A DNA stretch of 64,000 nucleotides from Candidatus Omnitrophota bacterium (lineage in GTDB: Bacteria > Omnitrophota > Omnitrophia > Omnitrophales > JACROU01), in the NCBI GenBank assembly GCA_029261035.1, contig JAJDCD010000004.1, positions 68,765 through 132,764 on the forward strand. The letters are read 5' to 3'. The position numbers were made by a program, and so were the translations under genes. Below the pieces are notes generated by a model that was not told the DNA's origin, searched no databases, and saw nothing but the letters and a program-made list of their open reading frames with translations. Each line of letters starts with the position of its first letter. Position 1 is the stretch's first letter. Shown here piece by piece: positions 1 through 8,415 of the stretch.

Positions 1-1144
1 GAACATCTAAAATACCACCCACGTGGCGCATACTTCCATCGGGATAAATCCAACCTATTTGTTCATAGTTCTCTCCGCTATCTCCTTCATTTCTAAAGCC
101 AGCAATCCAATTAGATCCATTCCCAAAGGTGCTTAAATCGGTATCAAAGACTAACCAATAATTCTGATTCGCTTCTAACGTGATTTCTTCTTCAAAACTA
201 AGTTCTGCCCAACCAGCATTAGCATGACCACTTGAAGTTCTTAAAGTAAGCTCCGAGACATCCCTCTCTTCGGAATGGGCAATCAGCTCTCCTAGTTGTC
301 CATTTTGATTTGTATATATTTTTGCCCTCATCAATCCTTGAGGTTCACGCGTCCTTCTCATCCAAAACTCCAATGAAGACACAGCCATATCCGTACCGAA
401 CTGAACACTTTGCGCCATCCCTGTATAGTTTTGGTTACTACCAATTTCAAAAGCTTGGGACCCATCTGAGTAACGTTCGTAAAAGTTATCCGCATCCGGC
501 ATATCAAAATCATCACCATGAATAACACTTAAAGAATTTACATTCCCTAAATGATCAAACTTTCTTTCATAACGTTTAACATCTCCATTAGAGAATTCTT
601 TTTTAACTAAGTATTCATCTTCATAATGCTCTACACTGCCATCAGCTTTATTAATTAAAACAACTTCTCCATTTTGAATCGTCCAACGATCTCCATTTTC
701 ATCATCATAAGTGGCCTTTGAAACTTCTCCGGCATCACTTAGCCTAACATCTGACAACGTTTCTCCTTGCTGACTGACTTGAGAAACACTTCCATTGTTT
801 ATAGAGACATCCCAAGTACCATTAATCCCTTGGTCTAACAAAAATTCTATAGGGTCTGCATAGTTATCTGCAGAGCTTAGAGGCGAATCTTCTAAAAATT
901 CTAACGTTGTCTCATAACCTTCATTAGAATTATATGCTTGAGGGTTTTCGTCCTGCATAAGAGCTTCTTCAGATGACACAACTGGGGCAGCTAGAGGATC
1001 TTCTAGATGAGTTATTGGATTTACGAGTTGAGCTAACCCCAATTGCGAAAACATTACAGTTTGTATTAATGTAACTGATATTATTTTAAGAGCCAGTGAT
1101 TGGTTTTTAATTTTATTTAAGGTGCTTGAGTCCTGGTTATTCAT
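1..1144 (-). CDS. Hypothetical secreted protein, N-terminal 381 aa; partial, continues beyond the window start
   Basis: I translated the minus strand from ATG at 1142-1144 and it reads without a stop to position 1. It has a plausible RBS (AGAGGA) and an N-terminal signal-peptide-like hydrophobic stretch. It is absent from the ORF track only because it is truncated at the edge. Confidence 0.5.
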   Translation of the reverse strand, partial: MNNQDSSTLNKIKNQSLALKIISVTLIQTVMFSQLGLAQLVNPITHLEDPLAAPVVSSEEALMQDENPQAYNSNEGYETTLEFLEDSPLSSADNYADPIEFLLDQGINGTWDVSINNGSVSQVSQQGETLSDVRLSDAGEVSKATYDDENGDRWTIQNGEVVLINKADGSVEHYEDEYLVKKEFSNGDVKRYERKFDHLGNVNSLSVIHGDDFDMPDADNFYERYSDGSQAFEIGSNQNYTGMAQSVQFGTDMAVSSLEFWMRRTREPQGLMRAKIYTNQNGQLGELIAHSEERDVSELTLRTSSGHANAGWAELSFEEEITLEANQNYWLVFDTDLSTFGNGSNWIAGFRNEGDSGENYEQIGWIYPDGSMRHVGGILDV

Positions 1145-1372
1145 GTTCAAAAAATTCCTCTCTCTCACGTTCCTTGTGAGAAAAAAATCCATCATGGATA
1201 ATTAATTATTTTTGAACCTTGAAAATACCTAGGACGACCTGCTTAAAAAAAGCGGGAAGATCAAGGGGGGTTTTGTAAAACAAGTTGTAGGAGTATTTAT
1301 AAACTAAAATAAATTTTTGTCAATACGACAAACAAAAGTTTATTCGGTGCGCTGAAAGATTGTAGAAAAGAA

Positions 1373-1741
1373 CTATAAATCGAGGTCTTTTATAAGCTGA
1401 TCAATTGCTTTGGGAGTAATTGGTTTTTCTAGAAATTCAACAACGCCAATGGTTTCTGTTTCGTGTTTGATATTCGCATCCACATAACCCGTCATTGCTG
1501 TTATTTTTATATCAGGAAATTTCTTTTTGAGGTGACGCATTATGTCCAGACCCCCCATTGCGGTAGCAAGTTTTAAATCAACAAAAGCAAGATGGATAGT
1601 ATCTTCTCCGACTACGTTATCCACATCTTCCCCACTATAAGCCACGCGAACAGAATGTCCTGTTTCACCTTCAATAATTTCTTTAAGGTAATCGCAAATC
1701 TCTTCTTCGTCATCAACAACTAAAATATTGTATTCACTCAT
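1373..1741 (-). CDS. Single-domain response regulator (CheY-like receiver)
   Basis: 122 aa. ILVVDDEEE motif, the conserved Asp pocket and the FVDLKL pattern typical of REC domains. Confidence 0.8.
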   Translation of the reverse strand: MSEYNILVVDDEEEICDYLKEIIEGETGHSVRVAYSGEDVDNVVGEDTIHLAFVDLKLATAMGGLDIMRHLKKKFPDIKITAMTGYVDANIKHETETIGVVEFLEKPITPKAIDQLIKDLDL

Positions 1742-1862
1742 ATAAACACCCTTTGTCTTCTCTATTAAATATAACCTTCAATACCTTTATCGGCAAATAA
1801 GTTAAAATATTACCGTATTATTTACGCCTAATAAGGTATTCTGGATTTCTTCTAGTTATAAG

Positions 1863-1908
1863 TTAAAAAGGAGATCTCATCAGCCTTCGGGCAAAAGGCT
1901 GATGAGAT
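1863..1908 (-). terminator. Rho-independent terminator downstream of the TolB-like gene
   Basis: 12-bp perfect stem (atctcatcagcc / ggctgatgagat), loop 1886-1896, followed on the minus strand by a T-run (plus-strand aaaaa 1865-1869). Confidence 0.5.
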
Positions 1909-1927
1909 GGGGTTTACATCCATGTAA

Positions 1928-2851
1928 CTACTTTGCAGTGTACCAGTCAGGGAAGCTATTTGAGGTGAGATTGTTCTTTGATTGTTGTGGGATTAAAACT
2001 TTTCGAGTCGCTCTTGTTTCAATATTAAGCTCATAGAAAACACCAGGACCCATATCGATTTTTGAATATAAAATTCTTTTTCCGTCAGGAGAAAAGCACA
2101 CACCGCCTTTTCCACCCCAACCATTACCAATCAATTTTGTTTTTTCTGTCTTAAAATCATAGACATAAATATCACGAAGTGTTTGATATCCTGAAACGAC
2201 AAATACGACTTGTTTTCCATCTTGAGAAAAACGAGCCACTTCAGCTTGTTCTTTTAACAATAATATTTCTTTCCCTTTGCGATCCATTACATAAGTATTA
2301 AAGTAAGGATTATTTGCTTCTCTTTGAGCAAATAAGATTCTTTTTCCATCAGAGGAAACATCAATGCTTTTTAGATAAGTTCCCTTATCTAAAACCAAAA
2401 GCTCATTTCTTGATCCTGAATTGATGTCATAGATAGCAAGATGATAAATATAACCATAGCGAGTTTTTTCTGATTCAATCACAGCAAGTTTTTTACCTTT
2501 AGGAAACCAAGCGAATTCTTTAGGTTCAAATTGTGTTTTTACATCTTTAAGAGATCTTCCATTTTCATCAAAAATACTAATTTGAAGATCAAGACCATAA
2601 ATAGAAGTACTAATACATGCAATCTTCTTACCATCGGCAGACCATCTTGGAAACATTCCATTATCTGTAAGAAGTTTAATTTTTTGGTTCTTGTAGATCT
2701 TAACCCCATATCCTTGACTGCCTAATGTCGTCATATAAACAACTTTTCCATCTACCCCTGCTGCTGGGTTAACCGGCATATAGGTGTTAAAAGCCGAGGT
2801 GGCCATCGCTGTGATTACCAGTGCTATAATCGTTAAATAAATTCGCTTCAT
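1928..2851 (-). CDS. TolB-like periplasmic beta-propeller (WD40/PD40 repeat) protein
   Basis: 307 aa. N-terminal signal peptide and repeated PD40-like blades (SPDGKRI, FSQDGKQVVF, SADGKKIA). Confidence 0.65.
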   Translation of the reverse strand: MKRIYLTIIALVITAMATSAFNTYMPVNPAAGVDGKVVYMTTLGSQGYGVKIYKNQKIKLLTDNGMFPRWSADGKKIACISTSIYGLDLQISIFDENGRSLKDVKTQFEPKEFAWFPKGKKLAVIESEKTRYGYIYHLAIYDINSGSRNELLVLDKGTYLKSIDVSSDGKRILFAQREANNPYFNTYVMDRKGKEILLLKEQAEVARFSQDGKQVVFVVSGYQTLRDIYVYDFKTEKTKLIGNGWGGKGGVCFSPDGKRILYSKIDMGPGVFYELNIETRATRKVLIPQQSKNNLTSNSFPDWYTAK

Positions 2852-2936
2852 CTTCGTTCCTCCTTCTTTCTATCAGAATATGGTGTAGTTTTACTCTGTA
2901 TATCAAGGATCTTCAAGGAAAGTTACTAATGTTTTT

Positions 2937-3027
2937 TATATGCGATATATAGTCAATTTTAAAAACTAAACTCCTACTGCTACACTATTAGTAATATATA
3001 TGCGATTATTAGTTCAGTATAAAAACT
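2937..3027. promoter_or_regulatory. Two ~31-bp direct repeats spaced 60 bp in the divergent promoter region of the XRE-cupin regulator
   Basis: TATATGCGATATATAGTCAATTTTAAAAACT (2937-2967) and TATATGCGATTATTAGTTCAGTATAAAAACT (2997-3027). Candidate operator or paired promoter elements. Confidence 0.3.
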
Positions 3028-3103
3028 TTTGGTCGTAATTCTATAAATACAGGAATTATGAGTGTTTAGAGATGCTTATAGAAACAGACAACGGAGGCCT
3101 CTT

Positions 3104-3742
3104 ATGTATGATGAGATATCAAATGATTTAAATGAGCAGTTTAAAGACTTTCCTAGAAAAAAGACTCCTCTATGGGGAAAAGCTATAAAAACCATTCTAG
3201 AACAGAAGAAATCTAAAGGAGAAGATATCTCTATTCAGTCTCTAGCCAACAAAGCTGGGATGAATGATAAGAACCTGTTCAACATTGTAGCTGGACGAGT
3301 TCAGGATCCCTCCTCAGATAAATTAGTCCGTATTGCTGAGGCCTTAGGCCTTTCATTCCCAGAATTAGCAGAACGAGCCATTGGTGCTTGGGAAGGTTCT
3401 GTTTTTGTCTGTGGTTTCTCTCAGAGAGGTTATATCGACTACAGCCAGCATGGATTTGCGATTCAATCCTTAACTCCTCCAGGGGCAACTAATCGCGATT
3501 TTTTTGTAGGGCTAATGATGATTAAACCTTTTAAAGAAATGAAAAAGTGGAAGTTTGATAAAAATGCAACCATTTTCATGTTTGTCGAAAATGGAACCTT
3601 AGAAATAACGATTGGAAATCAAATCAAAACTGTAAATGCAAACGAATCCATTTACTTTGACGGCGGAATCTCACATAAAATAAAAAACGTAGACTCGATA
3701 GAAACAAAAATATTCCTAGTCACCCGCCCCCCCATGCATTAA
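3104..3742 (+). CDS. XRE-family HTH transcriptional regulator with C-terminal cupin domain
   Basis: HTH_XRE-like segment (SIQSLANKAGMNDKNLFNIVAGRVQDPSSDKLVRIAEALGLS) plus a cupin-like C-terminus. The ORF opens at 3062, but ATG 3104 has a GGAGG RBS 8 nt upstream. Confidence 0.7.
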   Translation: MYDEISNDLNEQFKDFPRKKTPLWGKAIKTILEQKKSKGEDISIQSLANKAGMNDKNLFNIVAGRVQDPSSDKLVRIAEALGLSFPELAERAIGAWEGSVFVCGFSQRGYIDYSQHGFAIQSLTPPGATNRDFFVGLMMIKPFKEMKKWKFDKNATIFMFVENGTLEITIGNQIKTVNANESIYFDGGISHKIKNVDSIETKIFLVTRPPMH

Positions 3743-3800
3743 AAAACAGAAGTCAGACGACAGAGGTCTGAAGACAGACATTACTTTTTATTTAAATCGC

Positions 3801-3996
3801 ATCGTCACACATGTGACGATACTGTTACCCTACAAAGCAAAAGTGCTCGATGCACTTTTGCTTTGTACCCTCTCACATCCCAGCGAAATAAGAAAAGCCC
3901 ATGGAACGTTCTCCACCGCGAGTTCACAACAGTGACAGTCACCGTAGGTGACAGTCACTGTTGTGCTGTCTGAGCGCTGGAGAACGTTCCATGGGC
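3801..3996. repeat. Copy A of a ~196-bp multi-hairpin structured repeat element
   Basis: Hairpin 1 (3801-3820, 8-bp stem). Hairpin 2 (3833-3865, 14-bp stem, GCTCGATG in the loop region). A 19-bp perfect outer stem (3897-3915 / 3978-3996) encloses the conserved core CCGCGAGTTCACAA (3916-3929), an inner 19-bp hairpin (3925-3965), and TTGTGCTGTCTGAGCGC (3961-3977). The same architecture and core recur at 35398-35592. Confidence 0.6.
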
Positions 3997-4019
3997 TGCA
4001 ACCCAACTCTAAATAGCTC

Positions 4020-4841
4020 TTACTTAACTAAACCATGCTTCTGACACATAGCCCTCAAAACCTCTTTCAACTTCTCAACCCCACTCATTTTATTGAGCAC
4101 CTCAAACCCACCTTCTCTAATACTCACAAGACGAGACGCAACATCTTCAGAAGAACTAAAAACCAAAAAGTCTTTTGGGCAATACGCTTCTCCATCTAAG
4201 AACTTCCTGATTAGTTCATCTCCCCACATATATTGCATCCTCATATCAACAATCATAAGATCGGGTTCAAACTCATTTGATATTTTAAAAGCTTCATCTC
4301 CCTGCGTAGTAAATCGAACTTCATAATCCGCATCTTCCGTATTTTGATTCAGTTCCTCCTGCAAATATTCACAAATTTCTTCTTCATCATCAACGAGTAA
4401 GATTTTAGCTTTAGGAATACCCTCTTCTACTATTGTACTTGAAGGTATTGGCACAGCATTATTTTCGAGAAGCCCTACAATACAATCATGCAAATCTTCG
4501 ATAGGATAAGGTTTATTAAAATAAGCTTTAACACTTAAAGCTTCTGATTCTTTTTTTAAAATTCCGGCCACCGATTGAACTATCAGCGGAATTTTAGGGT
4601 AAGCTAAGAGAATCTGTTTTACAGAATCCAAAACACCCATACCAGGCATATTGAGATCTAATAATACCAAACAGATATTCTCGTGAAATTCTTTTACTAT
4701 TTGAACCGCTTCTTTTCCACTTCCTGCAGTTTGAATCGTGTATCCCTTAGGGTTCAGCAATTGGTTCAACATAAAGATAATATCCTTATCATCATCACAG
4801 ATCAAAATTGTATTTTTATTCGGCATCCTTTTTCCTTCCAT
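4020..4841 (-). CDS. Response regulator with two tandem receiver domains and no output domain
   Basis: Two REC signatures (ILICDDDKDI... and ILLVDDEEEICEYL...). The ORF extends to 4853. Start ambiguous between 4841 and 4826. Confidence 0.7.
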   Translation of the reverse strand: MEGKRMPNKNTILICDDDKDIIFMLNQLLNPKGYTIQTAGSGKEAVQIVKEFHENICLVLLDLNMPGMGVLDSVKQILLAYPKIPLIVQSVAGILKKESEALSVKAYFNKPYPIEDLHDCIVGLLENNAVPIPSSTIVEEGIPKAKILLVDDEEEICEYLQEELNQNTEDADYEVRFTTQGDEAFKISNEFEPDLMIVDMRMQYMWGDELIRKFLDGEAYCPKDFLVFSSSEDVASRLVSIREGGFEVLNKMSGVEKLKEVLRAMCQKHGLVK

Positions 4842-4842
4842 G

Positions 4843-5646
4843 CTATATATCATAAATGTCAGGTCTACGATCTTCTAGGACCTTCATTTGACTTCTAACC
4901 TCTTCGGTACGAGATAAATCGATCGTTTCAGTAACTAAAATTTCTTGCTGATCGTTTGTTTCAATGATGACATTGCCCCACGGGTCAATAATCGTAGAAT
5001 TACCACAAAAGGTTACATCTTCTCCACGCCCAAAATCTTTTGTTCCAACTTGATTCACAGCGATAATAAACATCTGATTCTCAATAGCTCTAGCCTTTAA
5101 AAGAGTCTTTAAATGATCTTTCCTTGGATGCGGAAAAGCCAAAGGAATAAGTGCTATATCTGCCCCTTTTAAAGCATAAGAACGAAAAACTTCTGGAAAG
5201 CGAATATCATAACAAATAGCAAGCCCCGTCTTACCCCAAGGAGCCTCCACGATAGTTAACTCTTTTCCTGGAGTTAAATGCTTGTCTTCTTCTGCAAAAC
5301 TAAACAAGTGGGTTTTTCGGTAAAGAGCACTTTGGTTTCCTTCTGGATCAAATAATATTGAGGTATTTGTTGGCTTTTGATCTTCATTTAAAGAAAGGAC
5401 AGAACCACTAATCCAAATCTGATAATCATCTGCAAGATCAGAAATTGCTTGAATGGTATGATCAAATGTATTCGCTAATTTTTTATTCTTCTTCCAATTA
5501 AATCCCGTTGTCCATAACTCTGGAAAAACAATGAGTTCCGAACCCTTTTTAGAAGCTTCTTCCACATATTTCTTTGCTTTTTTTAAATTTCCTTTAGGAT
5601 CACCCGTAATTACATCAATTTGTGCAAGAGACAACTTTAATTTCAC
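4843..5646 (-). CDS. Carbon-nitrogen hydrolase (nitrilase/Nit superfamily)
   Basis: 267 aa. Glu-Lys-Cys triad context: VFPELW, YRKTHLF, LAICYDIRFPE. Confidence 0.8.
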   Translation of the reverse strand: MKLKLSLAQIDVITGDPKGNLKKAKKYVEEASKKGSELIVFPELWTTGFNWKKNKKLANTFDHTIQAISDLADDYQIWISGSVLSLNEDQKPTNTSILFDPEGNQSALYRKTHLFSFAEEDKHLTPGKELTIVEAPWGKTGLAICYDIRFPEVFRSYALKGADIALIPLAFPHPRKDHLKTLLKARAIENQMFIIAVNQVGTKDFGRGEDVTFCGNSTIIDPWGNVIIETNDQQEILVTETIDLSRTEEVRSQMKVLEDRRPDIYDI

Positions 5647-5647
5647 T

Positions 5648-6772
5648 TCAAACCTCTAAGAGTTCTTCATAAACAGATTCAAATATGAATCGACCCGTTC
5701 TAGTTAAACATATTCGATCCTGTTTATATTCAATCAATTTTTTTTCAATTAAATATTCTAATTTAGGCTCAACTTGATCAGCAATCAATTTTAATTCTTT
5801 CAAGCAGATTCCCTCTTGAAGCCGAAGACGAGTCATTAATGTTTCATACTCTTTTTGTTCTGGGGACAAAACATCCTGTTCGATAGGTTCCCATTCAGAT
5901 TGATCACATTTAGATAGATACTGATTTACATTTCCTGCAAACTTAAAACGTGTTCCATTTAAATAAGAAAATGCCCCGGGTCCAAGCCCTAAATATTCCT
6001 GATTATACCAATAAATCAGATTATGTTTCGATTCTTTTCCCTTCTGAGCATAATTCATTAATTCATAAGGCTCATAGCCTGCTTGTCGTAAAAGTGTATC
6101 CACTAGAATTGCCATATCTCTATGACTTTCCTCCTTAGGTAATTGCAATTCTCCCTTTCTCTGTCTTACACCATAAACCGTATTTTTATGGACATCCAAA
6201 TCATAGACTGAAACTTGAGAAACATTTAATGAAATTAAATTTTCAAGAGAATCTTTAACATCCGCTAAAGTTTGTTGAGGTAATCTTATAATGAGATCCG
6301 AGCTGATATTATTAAAGTTGAATTTCTTCAACAGTTGAATAGAAGCGATAATACCCTCTGGAGTATGCATTCGTCCCATATCTTTTAACAGCTGCTCATT
6401 AAAGGACTGCACTCCTAGGCTAATACGGTTAACACCTAAACTTCTGTAACATTCTAATTTGGATTCGGTTATATCTTCTGGGTTTAATTCACATGAAATT
6501 TCGGCTGATGCATCAATCTCAAAATGTTGATGCACTAAGTCAAAAACTAAGCCCATTTCTTCCTCGGAGAGAATTGAAGGCGTTCCACCCCCTATATAAA
6601 AAGTATCAAAATGCATCTTTCCATAAAGGGAATTATAGTATTCTATTTGTTTTTGAAGAGATAAGAGAAAATGCTGTTTTCTCTTGCTAGACTCATCTAC
6701 CGTAAGAACAAAATCACAGTAATGACAACGACGATGACAAAAAGGGATATGAATATATAGGCCACGTTTCAT
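5648..6772 (-). CDS. hemW: Radical SAM heme chaperone HemW (HemN-like, oxygen-independent coproporphyrinogen oxidase family)
   Basis: 374 aa. CxxxCxxC motif (CHRRCHYCDF) near the N-terminus and a HemN C-terminal-like region. Confidence 0.8.
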   Translation of the reverse strand: MKRGLYIHIPFCHRRCHYCDFVLTVDESSKRKQHFLLSLQKQIEYYNSLYGKMHFDTFYIGGGTPSILSEEEMGLVFDLVHQHFEIDASAEISCELNPEDITESKLECYRSLGVNRISLGVQSFNEQLLKDMGRMHTPEGIIASIQLLKKFNFNNISSDLIIRLPQQTLADVKDSLENLISLNVSQVSVYDLDVHKNTVYGVRQRKGELQLPKEESHRDMAILVDTLLRQAGYEPYELMNYAQKGKESKHNLIYWYNQEYLGLGPGAFSYLNGTRFKFAGNVNQYLSKCDQSEWEPIEQDVLSPEQKEYETLMTRLRLQEGICLKELKLIADQVEPKLEYLIEKKLIEYKQDRICLTRTGRFIFESVYEELLEV

Positions 6773-7323
6773 ATAGCCTATTATTCGTATCTGCCCTTAT
6801 AAATCAAGTGTTTTAAGGAATACGACTTTAAAAAGGGCAAAACCTCAAAGCGAGTCTCGCGTCCTAGGCTTTTCCCACCAAAGGCTTGCCCTTCCAATCT
6901 TACATTTCTTGTTCTTCCCATGAATTTCTTCGAACTAGAATATGGAGCATTTCTTCTAAACAACACATTACTTTTCCGTCATCTATATTCGATCGATCTT
7001 CAAACTCCTCCTCTAGTAAAGACTGAAGAGTTCGTATTTCTTCATAGATATAATTTTTTAATACTAACTTCATTGCTCAGATTCCCTTCTTAACTCCTCT
7101 AGAAATATATCCTCTTACTTAACTCATCTTAATATTTAACTTTTCGTTGCTTAAAGTCAATAGAGCAAAAAAAGTTTTAAAGTTACAATTAAACATTGTA
7201 CTCATAGAGAAAATTTCAAGAAAAATAACCATGGCAAGAAAAGGAGTTACAACAATTAAAGAGGTTAATAAAGGTATTAAAAGCACGAAGAGAAATCTTA
7301 TTTTTTTGAGCAGAAATAATAAA

Positions 7324-8415
7324 TCAAAAGATAGAGCGGTTGCGATGGATGGATAACAAGAGCCCTAAAGATATAAACATACTAATTATAGAAGACCCTC
7401 CATAACTAATAAAAGGCAACGGCAATCCTGTGATGGGCATATAACCAATAGTCATTCCGATATTAACAAAAACCTGAAAAGCAATCATAGAAACAACCCC
7501 AACGACTAAAATCCTACCAGAAACATCTGTGGTCTGATGAGCAATAGACACGGCACACCAAAAGAAAATAAGATAAAGTAGAACGATAGAAACAGCACCT
7601 AAAAAACCCCACTCTTCTCCTATAACACTAAAAATAAAATCTGTATGGCGTTCTGGAAGAAACTGTAACTGACTTTGAGTTCCTTCTTGCCATCCTTTTC
7701 CAGTTATCATTCCCGAACCAACAGCAATTTTAGATTGAATAGCGGAGTAACCCGAACCTAAAGGATCAATATTGGGATTAATAAACACAAGGAGCCTCCG
7801 TTTCTGGTACTCCTTCAGCATAAACCAAAAAATAGGCATACTGATCAACCCGGTAAGAATCGTTCCGATCAAATATCGAAGCTTAGCTCCCCAAACAAAA
7901 AGCATACAAAAATAAATAGGAACAAAGATAAGTGCTGTGCCCAAATCGGGCTGTTTTACAATAAAGGCTAATGGAAATAAGACAATCAATGAAGCAATAA
8001 AAAAACTAACCCTATGGTCTTGCGTTGGTTTCTTTCCACCCAAATAGTGTGCTAAGGCTAAAATTGTTGCCAGCTTACAAAATTCCGATGGCTGCAAAGC
8101 AATAAAACCCAAATGAAGCCAACGCTGCGCTCCCTGACGAACAACACCCGTAATTAATACCAATAATAATAAAGCAATAGAAATAGCATATAGAACATAT
8201 GAAAGATTTAAGAAAGGTCGGTATCCTAAAACAAGAATAATAAACATAAACAAAATTCCGACTCCAATCCATATTAATTGTTTATGTACGTAATCCACAT
8301 TCAGAGATGAAGAAGCACTTGCTATGACCACAAGTCCCGAAACTGAGAGAAGAAGAGCTATGAAAAACAGAGCCCAATGGAAATCTTTAATAAATGATTT
8401 AAGCTGCATGAACAA
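7324..8415 (-). CDS. rodA: Rod shape-determining protein RodA (SEDS family peptidoglycan polymerase)
   Basis: 363 aa polytopic membrane protein of the FtsW/RodA family. Adjacent to PBP2 and mreBCD. Confidence 0.85.
   Translation of the reverse strand: MFMQLKSFIKDFHWALFFIALLLSVSGLVVIASASSSLNVDYVHKQLIWIGVGILFMFIILVLGYRPFLNLSYVLYAISIALLLLVLITGVVRQGAQRWLHLGFIALQPSEFCKLATILALAHYLGGKKPTQDHRVSFFIASLIVLFPLAFIVKQPDLGTALIFVPIYFCMLFVWGAKLRYLIGTILTGLISMPIFWFMLKEYQKRRLLVFINPNIDPLGSGYSAIQSKIAVGSGMITGKGWQEGTQSQLQFLPERHTDFIFSVIGEEWGFLGAVSIVLLYLIFFWCAVSIAHQTTDVSGRILVVGVVSMIAFQVFVNIGMTIGYMPITGLPLPFISYGGSSIISMFISLGLLLSIHRNRSIF

Noticed and set aside
3801-3996. Interpretation of the structured element as a retron msr/msd, DGR template repeat or integron attC site.
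   Set aside because: No reverse transcriptase, DGR accessory genes or integron integrase lie adjacent. The only recombinase in the window is a chromosomal XerD in the ligA-xerD-rpsU context, about 9 kb from copy B. The structured ncRNA or MITE-like repeat interpretation is retained instead.
7147-7356. 69-aa plus-strand ORF (MLKVNRAKKVLKLQLNIVLIEK...) in the hemW-rodA gap.
   Set aside because: Lys-rich, low complexity, overlaps the rodA 3' end, no RBS. More likely the AT-rich promoter/UTR region.
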